64,000 nt of DNA from Desulfosporosinus sp. (GTDB taxonomy: Bacteria; Bacillota; Desulfitobacteriia; Desulfitobacteriales; Desulfitobacteriaceae): positions 1,389 through 65,388 of the forward strand of contig DASRMA010000125.1 of the NCBI GenBank assembly GCA_035648155.1, written 5' to 3'. Made by a program: the position numbers and the translations under genes. This document shows, one piece after another, positions 9,915-19,129 of the stretch. Within the stretch, counting starts at the first letter, position 1; the number at the start of each line of letters is the position of its first letter. The notes below the pieces were generated by a model. That model had not been told where the DNA came from and searched no databases. It worked only from the letters and a program-made list of their open reading frames with translations.

Positions 9915-10624
9915 GAAGTACTCTCCACAAGTTGATCAAAACAGTCAAATAAAGAACCCTCTGGCAACTGGCATTGCTCTCTAATCTCCACCAGGGTTCC
10001 TCGGGTTAGGACCGTCCCAGCGTTCATCAAGACAAACGAACTACATATCTTTTCCGCAGTATCCAGAATGTGAGTACACATTAACACCCCGGCGCCTTGA
10101 GCTCTCGCTTGGTCCAAAAGCGCAAGGAAATCTTTCGTACCCCTGGGGTCCAAGCCCATGAAGGGTTCATCCACCACATAAACTGCTGGTTCCAGCAAAA
10201 AACCCAAGATAAGCATTACCTTTTGTTGCATGCCCTTCGAAAAAGTACCTGGTAAGTGGTGCTTTACCTCTGTCAATCGAAAAAGCTTAAGAAGTTCCTC
10301 AGCTTTAGGTACGAAGATTTCGCGATCCATTTCATAGGCAGCAGCAGCTAGCTCCAAATGTTCCCAAAGTGTCAACCCATCATAGAGTACAGGTTGTTCT
10401 GGAATATACGCGCAAGTTTTATTTTTTCCTGCGATTTCGACCTTGCCCACCATAACCGGCAGCAACCCCAAGATCCCCTTGATGGTCGTGCTTTTGCCTG
10501 CACCATTGGGCCCAATGAGCCCCACCATTTCACCGGATTTCACAGACAAGGTTACGGCCTTAATAACATCTGCCTTTTTACCAGAATACCCCGCATGGTC
10601 AATGGTTACGTTCAGTAATTCCAC
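9911..10624 (-). CDS. ecsA: EcsA-like ABC ATP-binding protein
   Basis: GPNGAGKST, FSKGMQQK, DEPFMGLDP. Confidence 0.85.
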   Translation of the reverse strand: MELLNVTIDHAGYSGKKADVIKAVTLSVKSGEMVGLIGPNGAGKSTTIKGILGLLPVMVGKVEIAGKNKTCAYIPEQPVLYDGLTLWEHLELAAAAYEMDREIFVPKAEELLKLFRLTEVKHHLPGTFSKGMQQKVMLILGFLLEPAVYVVDEPFMGLDPRGTKDFLALLDQARAQGAGVLMCTHILDTAEKICSSFVLMNAGTVLTRGTLVEIREQCQLPEGSLFDCFDQLVESTS

Positions 10625-10896
10625 AATTGATCTCCTTTTTAGGTATTATGAATTTTTCCGTATTCCAGATCATGCTTTAAAATTAAATTTGGATACAAAA
10701 AAAGCTACCTTATAAAGGATAGCTCAAATATTATCGTTAAATGTATCATACTCTACCATCCTTCAGTATTGATCATTAAACTCTATACCCGCTCTTTTCG
10801 AGACATACTGCCTTACTATAGTCTGTCAACATCTTACAGACTATAGTATATTACCTATTTTAACTAATTATTTCGTAATTGTCTATAACGAATCAC

Positions 10897-11739
10897 TTAT
10901 AAATGCAGTGCAGATAGATCGACCTTGGGTACTAACCCTTCTTTTGCAGCCCTACTTAACAAGGCTTCTACCGCTTTGTAACCTGACTGTCCTATATTTT
11001 CTGTAAGCTCGTTTACGTATAGCTTAATGTGGGCTTGAGTTACTTCAGTGGACAGCTCCTGGCTGTGGTTAAGGATGTACTCCTTCGACTCCTCCGGGTG
11101 TGCCCATGCGTATTTAACCGATGCCTGAATCCAGCCAGTGATTGCCGATAGATCCATTGACCGTCGAGCAACTATCGCTCCTAGCGGGATCGGCAGGCTA
11201 GTGTCTTGCTCCCACCAACTGCCTAAGTCAGCTAAGAGTTTCAGTCCATATGAAGGATAGGTGAAGCGTGCTTCGTGGATCACAAGCCCCGCATCAACTA
11301 AGCCATCACGCACCGCTGGCATAATCTCGTTAAACGGCAGAACGACTATATCGCCCACTCCCCCATGCACATGTTGCGCTGCCCATAACCTAAAAAGCAA
11401 ATAGGCGGTGGATCGTTCACTAGGAACCGCCACCCGCCTGCCTGATAAACTCGCGGGATCACTGTTATTACCTGCTCTATTTGACGTTAGCACCAGTGGA
11501 CCGCAGCCCTTACCGAGCGCACCCCCGCAGGGCAACAGTGCATACTCAGACAATACCCACGGTAGCGCCGCGTAGGAGATCTTGACTACATCCGGTCCGT
11601 CGGGACCCGCCGCCAAAGTATTCGTGATGTCGATATCCGCGTAGGTTACGTCAAGAGAAGGTGCCCCAGGTATCAGTCCGTGTACCCAGGCGTGAAAAAC
11701 AAACGTGTCATTGGGGCATGGTGAGATTGCAATTTTCAA
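10897..11739 (-). CDS. mqnD: 1,4-dihydroxy-6-naphthoate synthase
   Basis: SPCPNDTF, GGALGKGCGP, IHEARFTY, LPIPLG motifs. Confidence 0.95.
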   Translation of the reverse strand: MKIAISPCPNDTFVFHAWVHGLIPGAPSLDVTYADIDITNTLAAGPDGPDVVKISYAALPWVLSEYALLPCGGALGKGCGPLVLTSNRAGNNSDPASLSGRRVAVPSERSTAYLLFRLWAAQHVHGGVGDIVVLPFNEIMPAVRDGLVDAGLVIHEARFTYPSYGLKLLADLGSWWEQDTSLPIPLGAIVARRSMDLSAITGWIQASVKYAWAHPEESKEYILNHSQELSTEVTQAHIKLYVNELTENIGQSGYKAVEALLSRAAKEGLVPKVDLSALHL

Positions 11740-12467
11740 AATAATACCTCCGTTAATACTGTGCTAGCGGCTTCCAGAACGTCCAAAGCCTCTTTGATTC
11801 GCCATACAGAGTGATCACGTGGACCGACCATGTTTGAGATCGCGCGAATCTCCAGAACAGGTAACCCTTGATCAAGGGCTGCGACGCCAACACCATATCC
11901 CTCCATCGCCTCGGCGGTGGCGCTCGGTATTCTAGCCGCCAGTTCTAAACCTCTTGCAGCTGTACCCGTAACAGTGGATACCGTGAGTATCGGGCCTTCA
12001 TTGACAGTCAGATTAGCCACTATTAGTGCCCCCGCAACACGCTCCACTAGGCTAGCGTCAATCTGAATTTGGGTGAGACCAAATCCCAGCTCCTCTACAC
12101 TTTGAAAACCTTCCAAAGTCTCTGCTCCCAAGTCAGCGACGACGATCTTGTTCGCTACCACGAGTGACCCCACCTCAGTTTTACCGGGAAAACCCCCACC
12201 AATACCAGCGCTAATAACCAAACTGTACTTGATTTTAGCTAATGCCCTTGCCGTAGTCACTGCAGCAACGACCGCGCCGACCCCTCCCACCAAGACATCA
12301 AATCTTGTATCGCCATGTAGACCTCGTAACACCGCATCCATCTCCCCTGAGACGGCGGTGATTATGAGGACACGCCTTTCAGATGGCTGTCTGAAAGGAA
12401 TGACTCTATGTGATTTTTCTTCTATTTGTTCTGAATTCAAGTGCCTACTCCCCTGAATAGATCTCAT
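11736..12467 (-). CDS. mqnB: Futalosine hydrolase
   Basis: MTAN/PNP fold, AEAMEG, EIRAISN.VGPRD; coupled to mqnD. Confidence 0.92.
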   Translation of the reverse strand: MRSIQGSRHLNSEQIEEKSHRVIPFRQPSERRVLIITAVSGEMDAVLRGLHGDTRFDVLVGGVGAVVAAVTTARALAKIKYSLVISAGIGGGFPGKTEVGSLVVANKIVVADLGAETLEGFQSVEELGFGLTQIQIDASLVERVAGALIVANLTVNEGPILTVSTVTGTAARGLELAARIPSATAEAMEGYGVGVAALDQGLPVLEIRAISNMVGPRDHSVWRIKEALDVLEAASTVLTEVLF

Positions 12468-12638
12468 ATTCTTGATCTAATCCTATTCATCCATTAGTAT
12501 AACTGATTAAGTCACTAATGTGAAAATTTTTATAAAAACTATAGAAAAAATGATTTGGCTGGCCCTCTAATTATCAAGGGGCAAGTCAAATCATTTTCTT
12601 GGTTTTATTTTTACAAGTTTTTTCATAAATATCATAAG

Positions 12639-13211
12639 TTAGTACGAAATACGACGATGCGGGAGCTTCTTAATTAACATCAATGGAATAGGAGAGCTAT
12701 TGATTAAACAACCGAAAAGTAAAACTTTCAAAGTAGTTAGACCTCGTGTACCCATAATGATTAAATTATATGCATTTTTTGCTGCATAGTCATAAAGTGC
12801 TTCTACAGTATCAGAAATACCTGGCTTACAATAGATAACTACATGACTAATATCCTCTACTCTTTCTGAAAATACTTCGTTCGTTTCGGAAATAATCTCA
12901 TTATAGTTGTTCTTTACAGAGAAATGAGATTCATCAAGCACACGTTTCATCCAATCCGTGGATGCACTTATTGGCCAGCCAACTCCAATTCCCGGGGCAT
13001 TACTTTTTACCATAGCCCAATTAACTAGTTCTTTTGTATCCGTCCAAGTATATTCCGAAATCTCAGAATCTTGACAACCTTCTTGTACCTCTACTACGGT
13101 CAAGTGCATATTAGGCATATTTTTCAACAGTGTTGCAGTATGTACTGCTGCATAAAAGGCCTGCTGCGAGTCATCAAAGTAGAGGAGTACGTTAAACTTA
13201 GGATTACTCAT
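12639..13211 (-). CDS. Universal stress protein (atypical paralog of 24639-25184)
   Basis: VLLYFDDSQQA, LIIMGTRGLTTLK; RBS AAAGGGGT. Confidence 0.8.
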   Translation of the reverse strand: MSNPKFNVLLYFDDSQQAFYAAVHTATLLKNMPNMHLTVVEVQEGCQDSEISEYTWTDTKELVNWAMVKSNAPGIGVGWPISASTDWMKRVLDESHFSVKNNYNEIISETNEVFSERVEDISHVVIYCKPGISDTVEALYDYAAKNAYNLIIMGTRGLTTLKVLLFGCLINSSPIPLMLIKKLPHRRISY

Positions 13212-13251
13212 ATCAAGTACCCCTTTCATAAAAAGAAGCGTTAATGTGCGT

Positions 13252-13863
13252 TTAGGTAGCTTTTGTTGAAACTAACGGTCCTTTAATCCAAATATTAAGC
13301 CCATCCTTGTTTTCTATAAACTTTTCAGCTAATTCCCCACCAACATAGCTAAAGTAATTCTCGTCGTCTTTCCGAGTGAAATAATTGAGAGTGTTAATAA
13401 AATTAGCACTCTCTCCAACTCGATGTAGCAAGGGGATAACATTCGTTTTCCTAATATCAAAGTTTTCGATTGATCTTTCAAATTCCACTCCTAAGTTTGA
13501 ATTACTCCAAGCCTTTGGCCCTTTTTCAGGTTTTATTTCATACACACGTCTTAAGAATTCAAAGGGAAAAGCACCTAAGGCAAATAGAATTTTCGGTTTA
13601 TGTTTAGATACAATATCCCTAAATAGCTCAATATCCTCAGTTACACCAGGTCCCCACCAATTTAATGTATTGGGAATATCGTCGCTACTGCTAACAGCAC
13701 TCCTGAAATAAATATTCTCAGTTTCAATTCTAGTATTCATATTTCTATATACTTTGTCTTGAATTTCGTCTAATACAGGTGACCAGTTATCATGGCTAAT
13801 CGGGTGTTTTGGATTAAATAATACCCAAATTGGAAAACTTCTTTCTCCAGACTCTCTTATCAT
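13252..13863 (-). CDS. Uncharacterised UDG-fold-like protein, paralog 1
   Basis: Shares PIW, IY.RSAV, PNTLNWWG, KPK..GAFPFE, IPLL motifs with two other copies. Confidence 0.85.
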   Translation of the reverse strand: MIRESGERSFPIWVLFNPKHPISHDNWSPVLDEIQDKVYRNMNTRIETENIYFRSAVSSSDDIPNTLNWWGPGVTEDIELFRDIVSKHKPKILFALGAFPFEFLRRVYEIKPEKGPKAWSNSNLGVEFERSIENFDIRKTNVIPLLHRVGESANFINTLNYFTRKDDENYFSYVGGELAEKFIENKDGLNIWIKGPLVSTKAT

Positions 13864-14044
13864 CTCTCAACCCCCTTACTAACCGCGTATGATATACGAA
13901 AAATAAAATGATATGAAAATGTCTTCCTCTTCAAGCTGAATTAAGAAACCTTTTGCTGCAACTAATGAAGCATTGCGCCACTGGTTGTAGCAAAAGGTTA
14001 AGCCTCATGATCAAGATAACTGATAACCCATTGGTTGTTCACTC

Positions 14045-14070
14045 TTAATCTTTAGTTGAACGAGTTCACT
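14045..14070 (-). repeat. Solo end of the MITE-like repeat family
   Basis: Exact reverse complement of 6507-6532, abutting a stop codon. Confidence 0.8.
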
Positions 14071-14783
14071 TAAGCTGCCTTCTTCTTCGGTTTTCCGATG
14101 ACAATACCCAGACCATCAAACATGTAATAGAGTCCAAAGCCGTACCAAATTGTGTATATAAGGTAGAAGCAGAGGAGGAATGCAAGAGTGGCTTTATAAT
14201 CGCTAACCTTCTTAATTTCAACTCCGTAGTAGTTGTAGGCCGGTTCAAGAGCTTTTTGTCGCACTTTAATCAAGTCGAATTTTTGTTGAAACTGCGCTTT
14301 AGTTTTCATTGCAGCGTCAATTTCCATTAAAGAATTGTTCCAGTTGTTGGTTGCTTCACGGCCATCGTAACCGTATTTTGTTTCCAATGCTTTACTGTCA
14401 TTGTTATACATGAAATCGCTGTCGGCCACAACGGCGCCGAGAATTTTTCCTAAATCGCCGTCAATTGTCACCGAAGATTCCTTAACAGTCACAGCCGCAC
14501 CAGCTGTAGTATACAATTTACTCCATTTTACGGCATCTTCAGGTGATGAAGCTTTAACAGTCAAGTTAATGTTTTTCCCAATTTGACCATCCGCAATAGT
14601 TTGAGCGTCCTTGATGAAATAGGCAGAGCCCTTAGACAAGGAGTTAAACATATCATCTGCATATTGCAGACCATTCCTGCCATTACCGAAGATCGGGGAC
14701 ATCATACCAACGTAAATCAGTACAAAACTCAGAAGCATTACAACTCCAATGGTAAATTTCTTTTTGTTTCGAACTAAACTCAT
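14070..14783 (-). CDS. TSUP-associated membrane protein
   Basis: N- and C-terminal TM, NGLQYADDMFNSLSKGSAYFI; ATGA overlap with TSUP gene. Confidence 0.8.
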   Translation of the reverse strand: MSLVRNKKKFTIGVVMLLSFVLIYVGMMSPIFGNGRNGLQYADDMFNSLSKGSAYFIKDAQTIADGQIGKNINLTVKASSPEDAVKWSKLYTTAGAAVTVKESSVTIDGDLGKILGAVVADSDFMYNNDSKALETKYGYDGREATNNWNNSLMEIDAAMKTKAQFQQKFDLIKVRQKALEPAYNYYGVEIKKVSDYKATLAFLLCFYLIYTIWYGFGLYYMFDGLGIVIGKPKKKAA

Positions 14784-16075
14784 TGAGATACGCCTCCTTT
14801 TGCTGGCTTATCATAATTATCAGAATCAGCCCGAAGTTTCGGTATATTAACAATAAATGTACCAATGATCCAAGCACCGAAGATGATAATTAGCCCGAAG
14901 AATAACCATACTCCTATCGTGTTAATTAACGCGCCAGAAGATGCGGACAGGCTGATATATCCCATCTTCGCCAATTTTTGAGGCAGAGCGAATAGTCTGT
15001 TGACAAAACCTGCTAATATGGCAATTGCATAAAAGGCTTTGATATGCGTACTGGGAACCACCTGGGTGGTGATTGCACCTATTTGAATCCCGAATAACGA
15101 GCCCAGCAACATGCCCATGGCTAGTGTGTAGAACACATAACCGTATATGGCGTACTGTGCAATGGAACCATAACCCGCTGTAAAGATAATTTGAAAGATA
15201 TCTGTGCCCACAGTGGTTGCGGTCGAAATCCCCAGTCCATAAACAAACATTGGGAAGGTAACGAAACCGCCGCCAACTCCTAGTATAGATGCTAAAAGAC
15301 CCGTCACAGATCCGCAAAGAGCTACAAAAACGCCGGATATCTTTCTCCCGCCTGGGACTACGTGCTCATCAAATTTAATCATAGGAGCAAGATTAATGGA
15401 TTGCAACTTAGCTCCTAAGGCTGGCATTTTCTCTGGACCGCCGTGAACGTCGCCCCCGTCCTTAGAAGCGTTCTTCCTACTAGCAACATACTCACTCATA
15501 GCGAAGATGCCCAAGAATCCCAGCAGAACGACGTATATAGCACTTATTACGAAATCGCTCATAATAGGGTTATAGTTATATAATGCACGATTTAACGTAC
15601 CACCGCCTGTGACCCCCAGTGTAGAACCAACCAGAAAGGCAAGTGCAAGGCCCACATGAACGTTCCCCATTTTCTTGTGTAGGGTGGTACCCATAATAGC
15701 TTTGGCAAAGATATGAAACATGTCAGTACCTACTGCCAATATACCCTTTACTCCCATGCTCATCAATGCCGGTGTGATGACGAATCCCCCCCCTGCCCCT
15801 ATACACCCGGTAATAAGGCCAGCTATGAGACCCACGCCTATGGAACCATAAAAAGTGATAGGTGAAAAGTAAGACGGTCCAAAGGCTGATTTGCCGCCTA
15901 TAAAGGCCGGTAGGGCTGATGCCGCATGGGCCATTGCAGGAATGAGTAAGGGTAGGGCCAGCACAAACAGGATCAATAGTTTCTTTTTGTTTCTAACAAT
16001 TTCTAGAGATGTTTCGATCTCCCACTGGGCATGAGCTCTGGAAGCGTCCATTAAAGACTCGTATAATCTTTTCAT
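14780..16075 (-). CDS. TauE/SafE (TSUP) family transporter, long type
   Basis: GLITGCIGAGGGF and GVGGGF repeats, AVGTD/TVGTD motifs. Confidence 0.92.
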   Translation of the reverse strand: MKRLYESLMDASRAHAQWEIETSLEIVRNKKKLLILFVLALPLLIPAMAHAASALPAFIGGKSAFGPSYFSPITFYGSIGVGLIAGLITGCIGAGGGFVITPALMSMGVKGILAVGTDMFHIFAKAIMGTTLHKKMGNVHVGLALAFLVGSTLGVTGGGTLNRALYNYNPIMSDFVISAIYVVLLGFLGIFAMSEYVASRKNASKDGGDVHGGPEKMPALGAKLQSINLAPMIKFDEHVVPGGRKISGVFVALCGSVTGLLASILGVGGGFVTFPMFVYGLGISTATTVGTDIFQIIFTAGYGSIAQYAIYGYVFYTLAMGMLLGSLFGIQIGAITTQVVPSTHIKAFYAIAILAGFVNRLFALPQKLAKMGYISLSASSGALINTIGVWLFFGLIIIFGAWIIGTFIVNIPKLRADSDNYDKPAKGGVSQ

Positions 16076-16170
16076 TAGTGGTTTCCCTCCTCCATTGATC
16101 TTCTCTTCAGTTGGAGCTTAAAATTTAGTTATTACTCCTCGTGCACTTTATGATATAATAACTAATGTGG

Positions 16171-16205
16171 AAATTCTTTAGCGGCCTTTTAGGGCTGCTT
16201 TTTTT
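16171..16205 (+). repeat. Conserved leader element copy 1 (AAATT(T)CTT + terminator-like hairpin)
   Basis: AAATTCTTTAGCGGCCTTTTAGGGCTGCTTTTTTT. Confidence 0.8.
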
Positions 16206-16299
16206 CTTAAAGAGGTACCGCTTTCATAGCTACAAAGGATAGAATGCTCCGGTCCTCCTCAATTGTATGGTCTTCACAGGACTAAAAATAATTTGCTCT

Positions 16300-16341
16300 C
16301 CTTTCCTTTCCTTTCCTTTCCTTTCCTTTCCTTTCCTTTCC
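16300..16341. repeat. (CCTTT)8 simple sequence repeat
   Basis: Eight perfect tandem pentamers. Confidence 0.95.
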
Positions 16342-16343
16342 AT

Positions 16344-16394
16344 TAATTATTTTGTTCACAAGTTAAGAGTAGCATCTCATTCCAAAGCTGTCTA
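16344..16394 (-). promoter_or_regulatory. SigA promoter of the TSUP operon with Rex-like half site at +1
   Basis: TAGACA-17-TACTCT with extended TG, followed by TTGTGAACAAAATAATTA. Confidence 0.6.
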
Positions 16395-16448
16395 TAGCGC
16401 AGACGCATCACCACAATCACTAATATCTATATCCATCACGTGTACTAT

Positions 16449-16475
16449 TGTCTAATTTTGTCTAATTATGTCTAA
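16449..16475. promoter_or_regulatory. Three TGTCTAA direct repeats at 10-bp phase
   Basis: TGTCTAA at 16449, 16459 and 16469. Confidence 0.55.
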
Positions 16476-16885
16476 ATTTAAGGTAATTGCAAGATGTACA
16501 AGCAGGGTTACTCCTTTATCTACTTTATCTATATCCTCATAATTCTAAAACCATAGAAATTTCATTACAGAGTTAATGATTGCCCAATAACTTTGTTCTT
16601 TGATATTTTAGAGGAGAAAATGAGCAAAGGCGCATCCTTATGCCCTTTTATTATTTCAGTCGCATGAATTCGTGTGATTACATTCTTGCTTGCTTAATTA
16701 ATCTTTTAACCGTACTTTATTTAATACAAAACCAATTCGTGTTAATACAAATTTCTAATGACTTACTTATACAAAATTAGAAGGAATAATTAAAAAACTG
16801 CAGTTAATCCTTAAAAATTAAGTTTTCCTAACGCAAAAAGAAGTGTAGCGATGTGCTACACTTCTCATGAATCTCATGGTTCCTT

Positions 16886-17037
16886 AGTAAACTCGTTCAA
16901 CTAAAGATTAATACAGGTTAATCCAGTCGTTAGACTCCCACTTCTATAATTGGGAGTGGTACTCCGTTACCCTGCTTCGGTGAGGTAGAATCCGCCACCG
17001 AAGTCTCGATGTTCAACTTTAGTTGAACGAGTTCACT
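16886..17037. mobile_element. Complete 152-bp MITE-like element with ~21-bp terminal inverted repeats
   Basis: AGTAAACTCGTTCAACTAAAG ... CTTTAGTTGAACGAGTTCACT; internal hairpins CTCCCA..TGGGAG and CTTCGGTG..CACCGAAG. Confidence 0.8.
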
Positions 17038-17103
17038 TCTTGTCATTTCAGGATGATCTTCATATTTAGTAGACAAGCTCATTAAACTTAGATTCATCCA
17101 TAT

Positions 17104-17574
17104 CTAATACCCTGGTGATGCGACTAAGGAGCCTCTGGAGAAAATATTGTAGTGATTGAAATCTATTACTCCGCTCATCCATGATTCTGAAATTACCTTA
17201 ATTTTCATTTCGCCTGTATCATCTCGGATTGGGCAAGTTATTTTAATAATAAAGACTTCTTCTGAGGGGCTACCCCCTAGTTCCCCAGTCATTAGTATGG
17301 CAACGTCAGTTGGTAAATGATTCAATTCCTCCTGACTAAAGGGCACATCAGGTCTGATCTGCAAAGTCGCATTAAACGATCGTTTGATCATACCCTCTTG
17401 CAGAACTGTACCAACACTTGTGCTAAGAGTGGCTACTGAACGTCTTGCCTGGACTCTATTATTATATATCTCATACTTAAAATTACGATCGTACTCTGTT
17501 TGATATACTCGTACAACCTTTAAGAACTTGCCCCTAGTGCACCTTACCCCGTAAGCAAGGGATTCCTCTCTCAT
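17104..17574 (-). CDS. Hypothetical protein
   Basis: 156-aa ORF, RBS AAGGAGGG. Confidence 0.75.
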   Translation of the reverse strand: MREESLAYGVRCTRGKFLKVVRVYQTEYDRNFKYEIYNNRVQARRSVATLSTSVGTVLQEGMIKRSFNATLQIRPDVPFSQEELNHLPTDVAILMTGELGGSPSEEVFIIKITCPIRDDTGEMKIKVISESWMSGVIDFNHYNIFSRGSLVASPGY

Positions 17575-17647
17575 AATTAACCCTCCTTCAATAATAGAGC
17601 TTAATTTTTCGAGATTTTTCTGACTGCTTGCATTTCTAATGAAAAGT

Positions 17648-17686
17648 GATTAAATTTCTTAGCGCCCTTTTGAGGCTGCTTTTTTT
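17648..17686 (+). repeat. Conserved leader element copy 2
   Basis: GATTAAATTTCTTAGCGCCCTTTTGAGGCTGCTTTTTTT. Confidence 0.85.
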
Positions 17687-17754
17687 AGGCAATGGAAAAT
17701 TTGGTTACAATACCTCTAGGGGAAACACCGTCGCGAGGAAAGAGGATAGATGCT

Positions 17755-17997
17755 ATGAAAAACGCAAAAGAGTCTTTAGAGCTACTAATAGGATTTGAAG
17801 AAAAGTATTGTAAATCATCAAAGCTAATTAACTCTCAAATGATGTATTGGTATTACAAAGTTCTGGGAAATAAATCATGGAAAGAAGTGGTTCCGGAAAT
17901 TGATGACTGGGTTTATCACTATGAGCATTTCTTGGATTGCGGTGGAGATCCGTACCAGTTAAAACAAGGAGGGGCTTTTCTAGGACAGTACTTTTAA
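17755..17997 (+). CDS. Hypothetical protein
   Basis: 80-aa ORF from ATG after AGAGGA. Confidence 0.55.
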   Translation: MKNAKESLELLIGFEEKYCKSSKLINSQMMYWYYKVLGNKSWKEVVPEIDDWVYHYEHFLDCGGDPYQLKQGGAFLGQYF

Positions 17998-18012
17998 GGG
18001 AAATAGATAGGG

Positions 18013-18348
18013 TTAAGACGATCTTACTTCGCCCTCTTGACGTACTCCTCTGAAATTCGTAACCGACTCTAGTAGTGTACATGCGGCTGACTTCTGTAAC
18101 CCAGAGCCGATTTCACAATTCAGATCTGTTCTGACTCTCTCTACATCTAGGGCTGAAGAAGCATAAATCTTAATATCCGAACTAAAAACAGTCTCTGCTT
18201 CGATAATCAGATTGTCTAACCTTGAGATTTTATCAGGCCTTTCTCCGCTGATTGAGACGCTTCCACCGGCTTCATTTACAATCCTAATAAACGTCTTCAA
18301 AGCATGGAGAGATGTGAAATCAATAGTAGCCACATACTTAACTTCCAT
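18013..18348 (-). CDS. Stand-alone partial STAS domain related to the SulP C-terminus
   Basis: KYVATIDFTSLHALKTFIR..EAGG and CTLLESVTNF match the end of 25264-27075; RBS AGGAG. Confidence 0.75.
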   Translation of the reverse strand: MEVKYVATIDFTSLHALKTFIRIVNEAGGSVSISGERPDKISRLDNLIIEAETVFSSDIKIYASSALDVERVRTDLNCEIGSGLQKSAACTLLESVTNFRGVRQEGEVRSS

Positions 18349-18360
18349 TGTCCATCTCCT

Positions 18361-18984
18361 TCACTTCATCCATACATTTAGGCTATCCTTGTTCTCTATA
18401 ATCCTCTCAGCTATCTTTGTTCCTACATGACGAAAGTATTGTTCACGGTCATTGCCGTCGAAATAATTACGCGTTTCTATGAATTTATCACTGTCATTCA
18501 CTCGCCGAAGTAAGGGAATCATATTAGTTTGATTCACATCAAAATCAGCAAGTGATTTTTCAAATTCATCTCTAATTATAGAAGAACTCCAGTACTTAGG
18601 CCCTTTTTCTGGTGTGATCTCGAAGACACGTCTCAGAAATTCAAATGGAAATGCCCCAAAAGAGATTATCATCTTCGGTTTGTATTCTATAACTAGTTCT
18701 CTCAGCAACTTTATTTCTGAGGCTACTTCGTTTCCCCACCAATTCTGTGTATTAGGGACTACTCCACAATCACTGACAACACTCCTAATGTAAATATTAG
18801 TAGTATCAATTCTGTCGTGTATTTCCCTGTATGCTTTGTCCTGTATCACATCTAAGACATGTTTCCAAATGTCATTCACAACAGATAGGTATTTTGGATT
18901 AACTAACAGCCAAATTGGATAGTTTATATCTCCTGAATCTCTGTCAACCAAAGGTACATATTTATCCTTAGTAAATCCAGACAT
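18361..18984 (-). CDS. Uncharacterised UDG-fold-like protein, paralog 2
   Basis: Same motif set as paralog 1; start 18984 after AAAGGAGG. Confidence 0.85.
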   Translation of the reverse strand: MSGFTKDKYVPLVDRDSGDINYPIWLLVNPKYLSVVNDIWKHVLDVIQDKAYREIHDRIDTTNIYIRSVVSDCGVVPNTQNWWGNEVASEIKLLRELVIEYKPKMIISFGAFPFEFLRRVFEITPEKGPKYWSSSIIRDEFEKSLADFDVNQTNMIPLLRRVNDSDKFIETRNYFDGNDREQYFRHVGTKIAERIIENKDSLNVWMK

Positions 18985-19028
18985 CCAATCTCCTCCTTTC
19001 TTTAGTTTGTGATAATATATTTCATTAC

Positions 19029-19066
19029 GATTAAATTTCTTAGCGGCCTTTAGAGACTGCTTTTTT
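19029..19066 (+). repeat. Conserved leader element copy 3
   Basis: GATTAAATTTCTTAGCGGCCTTTAGAGACTGCTTTTTT. Confidence 0.85.
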
Positions 19067-19129
19067 ATTTTATATTTAACACTGATACACCTCAATCAAC
19101 GATCCAGGTATATCAATGTTAAGACTGTA

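Noticed and set aside
16267..16455. 62-aa ORF with FPFLS repeats
   Set aside because: Translation of the CCTTT microsatellite; no RBS
18985..19095. N-terminal extension of UDG-like paralog 2 in the ORF track
   Set aside because: Runs through the non-coding repeat; the strong RBS supports ATG 18984
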